64,000 bases of DNA. It comes from Tubulanus polymorphus (Eukaryota > Animalia > Nemertea). Location of the stretch: contig NC_134028.1 of NCBI RefSeq assembly GCF_964204645.1, positions 434,001-498,000 of the forward strand, read 5' to 3'. The position numbers and the translations under genes were made by a program. Positions 48,109-62,108 of the stretch are shown one piece after another. Numbering within the stretch: position 1 is the first letter of the stretch; the number at the start of each line of letters is the position of its first letter. The notes beneath the pieces are model-generated. The model had not been told where the DNA came from. It saw only the letters and a program-made list of their open reading frames with translations, and searched no databases.

Positions 48109-48927
48109 AATATTTATTCCTACCTTACAGATTCTGCGACTCCTGTGTGTGTGTATGAATTCAGTGAGGATCCTTAAAGTAAATTTAAACCCTTCAGTTT
48201 CAGAAACGTTTTATATTAATCCTGAATGCGATTCCAATTCGAATGATTTCTGAAAAAAACAATTAGAAATTGAAAAGATCAGACGCCAATATTAAAGATA
48301 AAATACCTTTTTGAATTCATGTTAAATGAGCCTACCGAAGATTCATACAATTCAGATATATGATAAATTGATTTTGTTTAATATTTGAGAAAGAATACAG
48401 AGTTTTCACCGACTGAATCTAAACATCGTCGGTAAAAGTTTTGACAAAACGTCTAAATTTATCGACGTCAGTAAATTGTAAGATGGGTGGTAAATACCGG
48501 AATAACTACCACACTGAAACGTGGAGAATTAAATTAGAGGATAAAGAAATCATAAGTGATCTTGACGGCAATTTATGCTAAAACTGAGAACATAGTTAAA
48601 CATTGACCAGTCAGGTGTGGTGACTCTATTCACTAAGAATATCCGCTATCATTATCTGACTATAACAGTTTCTAATCGGACCCCTGATTGCCGCCAGTAA
48701 TAAATTAAACCTTTCTCATCCACCTAACGCTAGTGAAAGTGACCAGAATTCGTTCAACTTTTTCAGTACTATATTTCACTGATACCCGTTTGTTTTGGAT
48801 CGAGCTTGCAAAACAGAACTGTCAAAATATATTCGGTTTAAAAACCTATGCGTGAACTATGGTGAAATATCAGAATTTTCGGTGTTGAAATATTTGAATA
48901 AGTATGGAAGCCCTGAGAAGGCATCTT

Positions 48928-49053
48928 GGGTTTAGAGTTAATGCTCCTAACGTGTGGAATATTTTACCAAGTTCTCTTAGTTCAATTGAAAAGGTTGAAT
49001 GTTTTAAAAGATCATTGAAAACACACTTTTTTAAGCAGGCTTTTAGTTGTTAA
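48928..49053 (+). pseudogene. 3' end of an L2/CR1-group LINE ORF2 (5'-truncated remnant)
   Basis: Translates GFRVNAPNVWNILPSSLSSIEKVECFKRSLKTHFFKQAFSC*, matching the characteristic F..AP..WN.LP......FK..LKTH.F..AF C-terminus. Confidence 0.85.
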
Positions 49054-49430
49054 TTTTACTATGTCGTTAATTCATAACATTGTCATTACTTGTTATGACA
49101 ATGTTATGACTTGTTATGACAATGTTATGATGTCATAACATTGTACGATGACAAGTCATAACACGGCATTCGTTATTACACGTATCGATGACACCCAGTC
49201 CCAGAATTAACAATTAACTATTTAAAATGTTTCTATCTCCCTCATGGATTGTGAACTTAGGTAATTTATCTACATCTGTTGCAACGCTACGCAATAAAGC
49301 GGCGTGTACTGGATAAATAAACGAATTGTGTTATAAAAAAACAATTAAAGAGAATCATTGTCGATAAAATTGCGTGGTCGTCATTACCTGTCATGAAAAT
49401 TTAGTAACATTGTCATTACTTGTTAGAAAT

Positions 49431-49863
49431 TAGGCGTCCCCTGCTCAAACCACGAAAATCAGTGTCAAATAATTCGCGAAAATGAACTAAGTTGAGACCT
49501 GAAAAGCGACCTTTTTCTAACTTCCTGCATGACCCTAATAGTGGCCTAGGGCTCTGAAACTTCTCGGGTATTTAGAAGGGGTCATATAGTTGATATAGAA
49601 CCATTAAAATCCTGGTCGCGGGGCTCCGTTGAGCCTAGGCGTCCCCTGCTCAAACCGCGAAAATCAGTGTCAAATAATTCGCGAAAATGCATTAAGTTAA
49701 GACCTGAAAAACGACCTTTTTCTAACTTCCGGCACGACCTTGATAGTGGCCCTAGGGCTCTGAAACTTCTCGGGTATTAAGAAGGGGTCATGAAGTTGAT
49801 ATAGAACCATTAAAAATCCTGGACGCGGGGCTCCGTTGAGCCTAGGCGTCCCCTGCTCAAACC
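49431..49863 (+). repeat. ~206-bp tandem repeat (~2.1 copies)
   Basis: taggcgtcccctgctcaaacc recurs at 49431, 49636 and 49843 with similar intervening sequence. Confidence 0.9.
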
Positions 49864-51757
49864 AGTACTCTGTCGGTACACAGTACTCTGTCGGTGCACA
49901 GTACTCCGTCGTTTCACAGTACTCTGACGGTACACAGTACTCTGTCGGGACACGGTACTCTGTCGGGACACGGTACTCTGTCGGTACACGGTACTCTGTC
50001 GGTACACGGTACTCTGTCGGTACACGTTACTCTGTCGGTACACAGTACTCTGTCGGTACACAGTACTCTGTCGGTACACAGTACTCCGTCGATACACAGT
50101 ACTCCGTCGGGACACAGTACTCCGTCGTTTCACAGTACTCCGTCGGTACACAGTACTCCGTCGTTTCACAGTACTCCGTCGGTACACGGTACTCCGTCGG
50201 TACACGGTACTCTGTCGGTACACGGTACTCCGTCGATACACGGTACTCCGTCGGGACACGGTACTCCGTCGGTACACGGTACTCCGTCGGTACACGGTAC
50301 TCTGTCGGTACACGGTACTCCGTCGATACACAGTACTCCGTCGATACACAGTACTCCGTCGATACACAGTACTCCGTCGGGACACAGTACTCCGTCGGTA
50401 CACAGTACTCCGTCGATACACAGTACTCCGTCGATACACAGTACTCTGTCGGTACACAGTACTCCGTCGGTACACAGTACTCTGTCGGTACACAGTACTC
50501 TGTCGGTACACAGTACTCTGTCGGTACACGGTACCAGGGGCGGATCCAGACCGTATTAGCCGTATTGCCCAATACGGTCTAGAATTTTTAAGTGCCCTTC
50601 GAAATTTCACCGGCAATATTTTTGACGGCATTATTTCAGCAACCGCTAATTCCGTGTCCGTAATCCGGGCATAATTATAAAATTAATCGGTATATACTGC
50701 TGCCGAGAAAGTGAGGAGAGATAATCATATTTGTAAAGCCTTTAATCATGATAAATTAAAATGGGCACTTTCCTTTTGCAAGGGGCACTCATGCTTTAGA
50801 TGAGGGCACCTTGTCCTTCCTTGTCTTTCAGGGAGGGCTAAAGGGGCACTCGTACTTTAGAAGAGGGCACTATACGCGGAAAATGTTGAAGAAAAGGGCA
50901 CTTTTTTGCCTAATTTTTAAAATTTTAGGGGCACTTTTGGTTTGGAAGATAGCACACGACATAAGGATAAATGTGAAGACGAGGCAATTTTTGCCGATTG
51001 TTAACAATGAAGGGGCATTTAGCCGTATTCTGTATAATTGTTAAGGGGCACTTTTAAAGATTATAGGGGCACTAGGCGAAGTTGGCGACAACCATTCTTT
51101 CATGGGTTCGCCAGCTTCATTTTTTATCCGCATGTGTTGAAATCTTGTCTCGGATTCGTTTATTCTGGATTGCTCTGCTAGCCTCTAGAAGCCCTCTAAA
51201 AGCCTTTAAATGGTACCATATTTTCAAAATTTTCCGGGGGTGGGCCCCCAGACCCCCCTCTAAGGACTTCGCGCCTTCGGCGCTCGCATTGAACTGGATA
51301 CTGGGTGTGCCCTAAGGTCAGAAAGGTGCCCTTAAATTTCCTTCCAATACTGTCTACCCATCCCCCTGGATCCGCCCCTGGGTACTATGTCGGGTCACGG
51401 TACTCTGTCGGTACACAGTACTCCGTCGGGACACAGTACTCCGTCGGTACACAGTACTCCGTCGGGACACAGTACTCGTCGGGACACAGTACTCCGTCCG
51501 GTACACAGTACTCCGTCGGGACACAGTACTCCGTCGGGACACAGTACTCTGTCGGGACACAGTACTCCGTCGATACACAGTACTCTGTCGATACACAGTA
51601 CTCTGTCGATACACAGTACTCTGTCGGTACACAGTACTCCGTCGATACACAGTACTCTGTCGATACACAGTACTCTGTCGATACACAGTACTCTGTCGGT
51701 ACACAGTACTCCGTCGGTACACAGTACTCCGTCGGGACACAGTACTCTGTCGGGACA
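49863..51757 (+). repeat. 18-bp minisatellite array (49863-50534 and 51381-51757) split by a DNA transposon
   Basis: Same unit g(g/a)(t/g)acac(a/g)gtactc(c/t)gtc. It explains all the long repetitive ORFs in the track here. Confidence 0.97.
50535..51380. mobile_element. 846-bp non-autonomous DNA transposon (hAT-like ends)
   Basis: Perfect 15-bp TIR CAGGGGCGGATCCAG / CTGGATCCGCCCCTG. Flanking direct repeat GGTAC (50530-50534 / 51381-51385). Many internal (a)gggcac repeats. No transposase ORF. Confidence 0.9.
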
Positions 51758-52469
51758 CTAGGGTTTCTGCGTTCATTAAACAGGCCAACACTCGTCAGTG
51801 TTTGTTTCTTGGTAATTTTAGTGCCCTGGGGCCAGTTCGATGGGTGAAGACTGATTCTATTGGCTAATACATTCAAACTAAATCGTTTAATCCGCATCGG
51901 CTTAATCCGAATTTTGGTCTAATCCGAATAATATTTACAGTCAATTTAATCATTAATATACACGAAAATGACTTTTAAATCCGGATTTGCCGTAAAACGA
52001 ATGAATTTTGTTGGTCCCAATGATCGGAATTAGGGAGATTCTATCATACCATTAATTTACTCTCCTTATATAAAGCTCTAATGTTGGTACAGTTATTAAT
52101 TTCTAACAAACTAGTGTTGAGTGATGAATGAAATTTGACTTAAGAAAAATCTGTATTCCTCACATGCCGCAGTAAAATAGCAACACTGCATCAAATTACA
52201 ACCGTTCAGTGCTGCCCCTATGAATAACGATAGCGGAATTTCTGTGAACTAAAGTAGTAATTACGGAAACCTCGAAACGAATGATTAGATTGGTAAAGAG
52301 CGTGGTTTTCATTAGAATAAATTCTTTGAATATTGCGTAGAATACAAAACCTAATCTAATCGAAAAGAAGCCGAGACCTGCAATCGACTGGTTGCCATTT
52401 CTACTTGCGAATGCAGGTGGCGGTGACCAGTCTACCGGCGGGAATCCCAATCTGAGGTACACTATGACG

Positions 52470-55400
52470 CAATATCAAAATGGCGTGCTTTACCGAATTA
52501 CCATAACACGAAATTAAGCAAAAACCTCACCTAAACATTGCCACCCTCCTTCCCGACCCCTGAAATCAGTATTTCAATATTTGGTAAGTGTTTGTAACAT
52601 TGGTTTAAATGGCGAAAAATATTCCATCTCAGATATTGTGGGAAATCATATTATTTCAGAGTCACATCCTGCAAACAGTGCACATATGGTGGCGCTCAGT
52701 CGAGCATATCGACGTCATTCCATCCTGATATATCTAGACCACGATGGGCTTCACCTTGCTGTTTTGTGATGAATTTGTTCTAAAATGATTCCATCGACTG
52801 ATTACATCAAACAGTGAAAACAGTGTAAGTTTATTTCATCTGTCGCTAAATCGATATCAATCACAGTCCAAACGTGTGGGACACCAACATCCTCCCATGG
52901 GAGGGATTTGAACCTGATGACATCGCGCAGGTACATGCGCAGCTTTACCGCGCGAAATCTTGCGGCACCAAACAGATTGCTCGTTAATCGCTGAGGTAAA
53001 TTTCACGGAAGAACTATAAATGGGAAAACCCGGGCTCAAATAAAACTGAATTTCTGATTGGCTATTAATGACATCATCTAAGCTGCGCGTGTAGCTGCTG
53101 CGCACTCGGTCTAGTGTGGCAGGGTTTCGTACCGTGGCATTCTGGATGCCATCAGGTTCGAGTTCCTGCCGCGGGAGGATTGATGCCTCTACTTGCCTCC
53201 ATTCGTCTGTGATATTGATGATGATGATCATCATCGGTTTCAGAAACAGATAATATTTAAACTGTTCGCTTTTTCATTACTTTCTTGTTTATATTTCATG
53301 TTGAACTCTAGATGCAAAACCTAAACTGTGGATAGAAAAACCCCGTGAATAAACGAACTGCAGATTGGAGCGAACAATCTAATTTGTAAGTTTGAATTTT
53401 AGATTTGATATTTCTGCAGTTATTTCTAAGGAAAGAAAACAATCTTAGATTTGTCTATTATAGGTATCACTTCAACATGTTCAACGGGAATTTTGATTCA
53501 GCACAGGAAAACAAGAATCACTCTTAGATTCAGCACAGGACAACAAGGAATCAGTGTTTCACAATCAGACTTTTTTGGTTTTGCACCGGACATCGGGAAT
53601 CATTCTTGGATTCAGCACAGGACAACAAGGAATCAGTGTTTTACTACCAGACTTTTTTTGATTTAGCACAGGACATCGGGAATCACTCTTGGATTCAGCA
53701 TGACATCAGGAATCACTATAGCCTATGTGGAAATTCAAGATAAGTTACATTAATCTTTATTTATCGGTTGTTGAATTGATTTTAAGGGACCAATTTTATA
53801 TTGTTTGTTATAAACCATGTTTTGAAATGAAATCTCAGAAACCTGTTGCATTTATTCAATCATTTCAAATTTCTTTTGGTGAATATTTGGCTATAATCAG
53901 TTCATGGTTGGGATTGTTATTTCTGTAAGCGGGTTTACAGGTTTTCTAAATTGTGATCAACTCAAATGTTATTTCTAATCAATATGAAACTGGTTCCTGG
54001 TGTCAATAATACAACTGTTATCAATCATGTTCCTTCGTGACAATCAGATCATGTGTATCTTAAGAGTTAGAATTTCTATAGATTAAACTGCTGTACTTAT
54101 TTCATACTGATTGTACAGTTACAGATACATGTAACATTGTGTACAGATACAGAGTACAGATCACTGCATTACTTCATCCTGTGATTGAACAGTGATTTAA
54201 TGTTCTCTCATCTTCATTAGATTCCCATCCGTCTAACTAAAACATCAGAACATTCAACTCATCTAACCGTGGGGTTCGGGGAGGGTGGGTAGGGTTGGGG
54301 GAGGGAAGGGGTAGAGGGAGGGAGGGTTGGGGTGGGGGACGGTGGGAGGGAAGGGGTCTGGGTGGGAGGGATGGGGTGAGGGAGGGCAGGAGGGAAGGGG
54401 TTTGGGAGGGAGGGCGGTAGGGAAGGGGTCCGGGAGGGAAGGGGTCCGGGAGGGTGGAAGGGATGGGGTCCGGGAGGATGGGAGGGATGTAGGGGTGGTG
54501 GTAGGACTTTGGGGGGAGGGATATAGGGTGGGCCTTTAGGGTTTAGGTACAGGTACAGGTGGTTTAGTCGTAGTTTTAGTCTTGAAGTTTAGGATATTTC
54601 AAGAAATGTGTCCTATCTTTTTATTATTCTAAGAAAGGATTAATCATTATGAAACACGTGACTGCAACATGTCATGTTTCAGTTGTTATGCATGACAAGC
54701 TGTATAACCATCGGCCAATTGGACTCGTTCTATTATACTAGTTGTTATTTCTATGAGACCCGGGTTTGATCCCCGGTGAGTGCGCACGTAATTTCACCGT
54801 CACTTCTCTCAATCGTTATGAGATAATTGCCCCCAGATTTTTGAATTGGGACGTTTCAAATTTTAGGGCCATTATTTAATGTGGTCAGGAATGAGTGATA
54901 TTTTTTGAATGATCACAAACTGCTCCTTGGCTCCGATCAAAACACGGCTTCATTAATAATTCAATGAAACAACAATCATACGTAATAATTACTGTTGATA
55001 TCTGGCGGTTTACTGATACATTTCCAGCTGAAAGATGTATTTTCTTCTGTGCTATTTTAAAAACGGCTGTAAATACTGAGAACTGTATAGGACGACTTAG
55101 AAATTTGTTGACGAGAGTCGAGATGCAGTTCACATTCATCGCTGCTTCCTCTTTTTTCTGCAGATTCTTAGACAGAGACCTACTCTTCATTTTTGGAAGA
55201 AGAGTATAGAACTCATTAGAATAAGTGATATGTTTTGTAATCACTTTTATTGACACACTTCTTCATTTGCCTTCATGGCACAGTATATCACTATTCATAG
55301 ATATCCTTAATAATTAGTTATCCTTTTCAAAAAGATGGGACACAATTTCTGAAATAAACTGTACAATTTTTAGGTGGGACAAAGATTGACATGGAGAGAC

Positions 55401-58400
55401 TATTGTTCTATTATTATATTCATTTTAGAATAGGATAATATTCTATTTCTACCTGTGACTTATAATTCTATTCTAGACAGAATTTAAGGGGCTGCGAACT
55501 AATTATACTTCTATCAGGAAATATTTTACTGAATTTAAAAGCCATAAAAACAAATGATATTCAACCAGATGTAGTTGTAGTTTTTACAGTTAGTCTATGG
55601 CAATCTTCCTACTACAATGAGACTCTGATAAAGCGGGGATATCTAGTGTATTTTGCCATTTTTCACGATCATATCAGTTTATGAAAGTCATTTCATCCTC
55701 TGCTGTTATTTAAAATATTATCAGCGCTCGATCAATTTGTCAGTTTATAGCTTTTAGACTTCGATCAATGCATCATTTTCTGATAGACTCAAATTAGTCA
55801 GAATTATTTCAGACTTAATCAATTAGTCCAAGATTTTGAGCCCATTCAGTGTAAACATAATTCTTCACTTTATTCTAGTGATGAGTGTTTAGTCCAATTC
55901 CCCTATTCAACATATGCAACGCACAATTTCTCATGTTATTTGCTAATCAAACCAGAGCCATAAAACTGACTTACCTTTAACGAGGGCCATGAGCTATATT
56001 TACCCTCTGTGGTCACCAAATCAGAACCATAGACCAAACTTTGACTCTTTGGTCACCAAAACAGGGCTATGAACCAAACTTTGACTCTTTGGTCACTAAA
56101 CCTGAGCTATGAACCAAACTTTGACTCTTTGGTCACCAAACCTGGGCTATGAACCAAACTTTGACGCTTAGGTCACTAAACAAAGACCATGAATGAAAGA
56201 TTTAACGTTTTTTAAAGTTATTTCTGTTGCCTTCATGACTCAATATTTGAGAATGGAACAAATGACGTAGTTAATGAAAGATTCATCTGTATCAGTGTTG
56301 CTGCTGGTGCTGCTGCTGCTGTTGCAACTAACACAACCTTTTGCTGTTTGTCTCTAAAAGATTAAACTTGATCCCAGTCGGAACGGATGAGAATTTTAGT
56401 GAGACGACAAATAAGGAAAAGCCATATGAAAAAATGTAAAGCGAATGCGTGAATAAAATAAAACAGCATGAAATGCTGATATAAAGAGTGGGGTCCGAGA
56501 GCAATTCGAAGGTTTAGTGTCCTGCACGCTTAGCGAGCGGGCAGGGGTCTATTCCTACCTCGACTCAAAAAAGATAAAATATAAAGAGAAGGTTCCGAGA
56601 GCAATTTGAAGGTTTAGTGTCCTGCACGCTTAGCGAGCGGGCAGGGGTCTATTCCTACCTCGACTCAAGTGCTAAAAGTCAGAGAAAAGAGTAAAAACGT
56701 AAAATGGCAAATGAAGGAAAAATGGCTGGAGTTTGATTTGTTCCACTGGGTTTAAGCGTTAACTTGAAAAGACAATCAAACAGATTATTTATGACGTATA
56801 TATTTTGCATCAGCAGTTTAAAAACATTGATTAATAACTTTTATGAATAGGATTCCATAAACTACTTGCTTATATGAAACCTCTAGTAGAGAGTATTGAA
56901 ATAGTCCACAATGGTTTCATTTAGTGACGTCATGTTGAATTGGTGAAGCAACATAAATAGCATTAATTGTTTTGATCTCAGCCATCATTCTTGTCCTTGG
57001 TTTGTGTTTGCCTTTCTCACGACATTTTGTGAGTGTGGAGGTTTGGTTCGGGTTTATTTCCTTGGTTCGGGTGAACCCTCGGTATACCTCCCCCTACCTT
57101 ACAACATTAAGTTCCTCAGGTTTGGTTTGATGTTTTGTAGATGAAACCTCTACAACTCAAACTCGCATCATTTGATGAAATGAAATCTGTTTACAGACGA
57201 CTGCTGCAACTTGTCGTGAAACTGAGATATATTGTGAATACTTATTAGAGGGAGTAGAAATAATAGGAATAATGTGATGAAATTGATAAAGAAATCATCT
57301 GTAAAAATGAAGCCATGTAATTTTCAAGCCCAACCCAGGCATATGATCATTTGAGGTCGTCTGAATGCCTCCAAAATGTGTAGAGAAAGTATCTGTGAGT
57401 CCCATCAATGGTGCAATTGATTAAGGATTTTGATTTATAAATGAAATTGATATGATCATGAAAAATGGCAAATCGTTTTGTAGTTATTGTACAGATGAGT
57501 GGTGTGTGAAGAGGAGACAAGAGAGTTGAGGAGGCATGATGGAAGGGCATTGTGGGAGGGCATTGAGGGTGGGCCAGGTGGGAGGGCATTGAGGGAGGGC
57601 CAGGTGGGAGGGCATTGAGGGAGGGGTCCAGGAGGGCAGGAGGGAAGGGGTCAGGGAGGGCGGGAGGGAAGGGGTTTGGGAGGGCGGGAGGGAAGGAGTC
57701 TGGGAGGGAAGGGGTCTGGGAGGGGAGGGTCGGGTCGGGAGGTTAGATGAGTTAAAATGTTCTGATGTTTTAGTTAGATGGATGGGAATCTAATGAAGAT
57801 GAAAGAACATTAAATCACTGTTCAATCACAGGATGAAGTAATGCAGTGATCTGTACTCTGTATCTGTACACAATGTTACATGTATCTGTAACTGTACAAT
57901 CAGTATGAAATAAGTACAGCAGTTTAATCTACAGAAATCCTGTACTGTTTCTGTCTGATTGATTGATAATTTGAGATGTTACATTCTGCTCTATTGTCAC
58001 TGATTATTGTTTCTTTTTCTTTTCAGAATGAAATGAATGCAATAGAATTTACTATTTAAACAGGCTCATTTAAAGGTAAGTACAAAACTGGTAATGAATT
58101 TCTCCACAGAATTCTTCACAGTCTCTGTTGATATTTTGAATTATTTTTGAACTAAAAATTACTGTTTTACTCTCAGTTACAGGATGAGATACACACCGCA
58201 GCAGCAGCAGCAACAGCAGCACTAGCAGTACCCGCAGTGCCAGCACCATGCAGCAACAGCGCCACCAGCAGCAGCAACAGCAGCACTGGCAGTACCTGCA
58301 GTACCAGCGACATGCAGCAACAGCGCCACCAGCAGCTGCAACAGCAGCACTGGCAGTACCCGCAGTACCAGCACCATGCAGCCACAGCGCCAGCAGCAGC

Positions 58401-60650
58401 CGGTAAAACCTGTTTGGAAATTCATTATTTTTAGAGAACTGTTCTATATAAATTATTCGATCTGTTCATGTTTCCAGCATTCAACCACTCAAAGATCACG
58501 GCTTAGTTTAATTTGGTGTGAAACTGCTCTTATTTCATTACAACTTAACTGACAATTTCTAAAATTTGTATTTAGGAGCTGAAATAACTGAAACCCTTGA
58601 TAGAATCTGTGAACAGTAAACATTGGGAATTCACTTCACATTTGTTTAAGATGGACATCGCTTTAGATCCTCAAAACCAATACAGTACCGGTAAATATCT
58701 CTACAGATTCTAGTCTCTGTTTGACTGTACATTTATAAACTCATTTCCTGATTAGAAGCTACATTAATCAGTGAAGGCGAATTTTCAATCACTTCTATTC
58801 TGATCAAAGCTCGAATCATCAAAATTATACAACTGTTGTATTCTAGGGTCCAAAATAAAGCTGAACTTGCAGTTAACATTGCGCTCCACAAATCAAACAA
58901 GTCAGAAGCGGTGAGTTTTATATCGATTTATTGCAGTAATTTGTGGTGATCTTCAAATCAAGTCCAGAAAATGATGTTTTGATCGGTAAATGTTGGCAGG
59001 TATCAACGTTTTACTAGAGGACGCAGTCTAAAGCTACCATCAAACCTCTCAGAAATCTGCATATACTCGACACATTGTGATAAACTACTCATTAACCTGG
59101 TAGGTTTTCTGTCAATCGAACACAAACAAGTTGCAGTTTCTATCTATTTCATTAACCATTTTCTGGCATAATTTTCTCTTTCCAGAATGCAATACGCCCA
59201 ACACAAATTGGAACTGGAGAAATTAAAAATATTCACCTTCAAAGAGTAAAGAAGCTCTAGTTTCTGAAGCTGCTGCTATCGGTTTAAGAATTTATTTTCT
59301 CAGAAAATCATCAGTTCTCTTAACTTCATGACATTATGACTGTTGGAAGTGAAATCCTGCTAGATGGCACTGAACTTATCTGATATGAGTTTAGAAATGG
59401 TGAGTATTTCATCACTCCACTGTGCTCTAATTTCATAATATTCTAACATTTAATTATTCTGTACAGAATTTTTATGTGTGATTCTCCGGAAAGAAGTGCG
59501 GCTGATGCTGCTGCAGCTGATGCTGCTAAACACAAGTTTGAAAATGATTGATTTTCTAATAGAATTTAGCCCCAATTTCAGACTGCTATAAATAGATTAC
59601 TTAGTATTTTCATAATATAATGATTTTTTGCAGCATGAAATTTGTCCAATAGAACAGTTTGAAAAGTGATCAAAGATTGAATAATGGTGTTGAATTATCT
59701 AGAATTATAAGGTAATTATAAATTCTAGTTACCGAATTATGTCATGAAAACAATTCCCACTTGACTGTTAATTCAATCGAACATTTTCTATGTAATATTT
59801 TCTCTATTCTAGGACGAAGTTTGGATCGGGACCAATTTGCCATTTTGACAGGGACTGGGACCAACCATCTACCTGGAGCCAAATGAATATTGTTTATCTG
59901 TGCCGACCGGCACGGGCAGCCTACTGTTGTTCTGTTTATGATGGTTTGATAGACTGTATCACATATCCATAAAAACAATAGAGTCATCCCCTGATCCCCT
60001 GATCTCTCAAAGCTGTGGTGTCATTTTTGCTAATAGAATAATAGCCTGACTCGGGCATAGAATATATAATTTAAACCCTGCTATATGCAAATTTAAAAGA
60101 CAAAATTCATTTATCAAGAATCAGAATCAAATAAAAAAAGTATAATGAAGAAATAACTAGAACAACCTATACGCACAAAATAACAAAACCTCTCAACCTT
60201 AGCACTGAACACTCGCTTTACTTTCCTAATTAACTTGTTTTTCCCTGTTTTAGTTATTCTTCAGACTTGATGATGGTCTCTACAGAGACTCCAAAATGTT
60301 GTGTCTTTTACTTCTATTAAGTTTCTTTATAGTAGGTTTTAAAGTTTTAGGGAAAATTGAAATTGAAGATTAAATGTAGCTGTAAAGCAGCGATAACTGG
60401 TTGCATTAGTTTGTAATTGTTTGTACCCCACGACCCAGTTTTATTGGTCTGGTTTTGTAAAAAATTGTATGATACACATATTGTATAATGATGTAATATG
60501 GACATGTTTTGACAAGTCACTCAATCAGTGAAACCATAAAGTTGAAATATCGACAGGTTTTCTTTATTATGGGACTATAATAATTATTTCGTGTGAACTG
60601 TTGTTCTGTTTTATTTGAAATAAAGATGAATTATCTGTGTTGTTTTAGTT
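52470..60650 (+). ncRNA. Putative lncRNA gene, copy 4
   Basis: caaaatggcg at 52476, same splice signals, AATAAA at 60619. Confidence 0.55.
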
Positions 60651-62108
60651 GTGATTACAGACGCCAGCAGTTTCACACACACTCAGTGCGTCACACGTAA
60701 ATCCCACGGGTTTCAGTTTCATAGAAATAATTTATTCAAAAAACTTTACTCAATTCGACTTTACCGCCTCAATGAATGAATATTTTTGAAGAAACTGGGC
60801 CTAGGGTAGAGTTTCACAAACCAATTGCGTTCAAACATTTTATTTTGAAGAAAAAATTAAATCCAAGTTGAAATTGATTCATCCTTTCTCTGTGAAACTG
60901 GACAATCGCTATTCAGTGTGCGAAACTGCGGCATCTAAATCTGATTGAAACCCTCACATCATAAACCAAATCCTACCGCGGGTACAGTTCACCGGATTAA
61001 TAATCAAAGATCAACAAAAAAGAAAAACTGAGTTCATGAAGTTCATCTGTTTTTGTTAGATTTGATCCAGATTAAATTTCTTCACAAATTCAGTTAATGC
61101 ATCGTTTTTTGTGAAACTGCGACCCCTGGTGTCCACTCGAGGAATTCATTTTTTCTTTCTTACCCTGGTATGCGAGGGTTTCAATTCGATGGTCCAACTA
61201 CTATTCTTAAAAGGGCAGGGTCCAGTTCCACAGTTCTTGAGTTAAGATTTAACTCTGGGCCCAGTTTCACAAAAAGGATTAAGGCCTAAATCGATTTAAG
61301 ATAAACTGAATTAATGAAGAAATTAAATCGATTTAAGAGTTAAACCTTTTTGTGAAACTGGGCCCTGGGGTAACTCATTGAAAATAAATTAACTTTAACT
61401 CAGAGTTAACTCTAACTCACAACTGTGGAACTGGGTCCTGGTGTGTTACATAACAATGAGGAATAAATATAGATAATTGTTGCTGTAAGTCGTGTGTGCG
61501 TTATTTAATCATTTTTCGTGGCGGGGTCGAACCCAGGACACCTGTACATCCTCTATTCAGTATCAAGACCACTCTGAACCAGTATCAGTAATTACTGGTT
61601 CGAACCCGGGATACCCCTGTACATCCTCCAATCAGAATCAGTAATTACTTTTGTTAAGATATCGACATTTCACCGTACGGTGCTGCCTCTATGCTCATCG
61701 GTAGCGGGATTTTCATACACTAACGTTAGTCAACTCTGGCAAGCAAGGGTTACGGAGTATAACTGGACAGCACGACGATTGCCAGAGTTGACTTCAGTTA
61801 GTGTATGGAAATCCCGCTAACGATGAGCATAGCGGCAGCACCGTACGGTCGGGACACCCTTGTACATCCTCCATTCAGCATCAGGACAACTTGGACCACT
61901 ACTGAGTTCGAACCCTGGACACCCCTGTACATCATCTAATCAGCATCAGGACCACTCTGAATCAGTATCAGTAATTACTGGTTCTCGAACCCGGGACACA
62001 ACCCTGTACATCCTCCATTCAGTATCAGGACAACTTGGACCACTACTCAGTTCGAACCCGGGACACCCCTGTACAAAGACCACTCTGAACCAGTATCAGT
62101 AATTACTT

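Larger units (their letters stand above)
47692..49862. other. Block C, unique part: patchwork of repeats
   Basis: Diverged ~800-bp-period duplication (47797-48066 vs 48604-48885), microsatellite, LINE tail, palindromic tgtcataac/gttatgaca tract (49070-49165) and a ~206-bp tandem repeat. Confidence 0.7.
39103..62108 (+). repeat. Unit A copy 4 (5' part, blocks B0+B, partial unit, block C, then the rest of the unit)
   Basis: 39103-40482 = unit 1-1368; 40483-46993 = B0+B; 46994-47691 = unit ~303-1001; 47692-~51757 = block C; 51758-62108 = remainder of the unit. Confidence 0.92.

Noticed and set aside
49810-51897. Long ORFs (up to 273 aa) with STVYRR / TQYSVG / PTEYCV repeats; also 17421-17820
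   Set aside because: Open in several frames on both strands only because the 18-bp minisatellite lacks stops. No other coding evidence.
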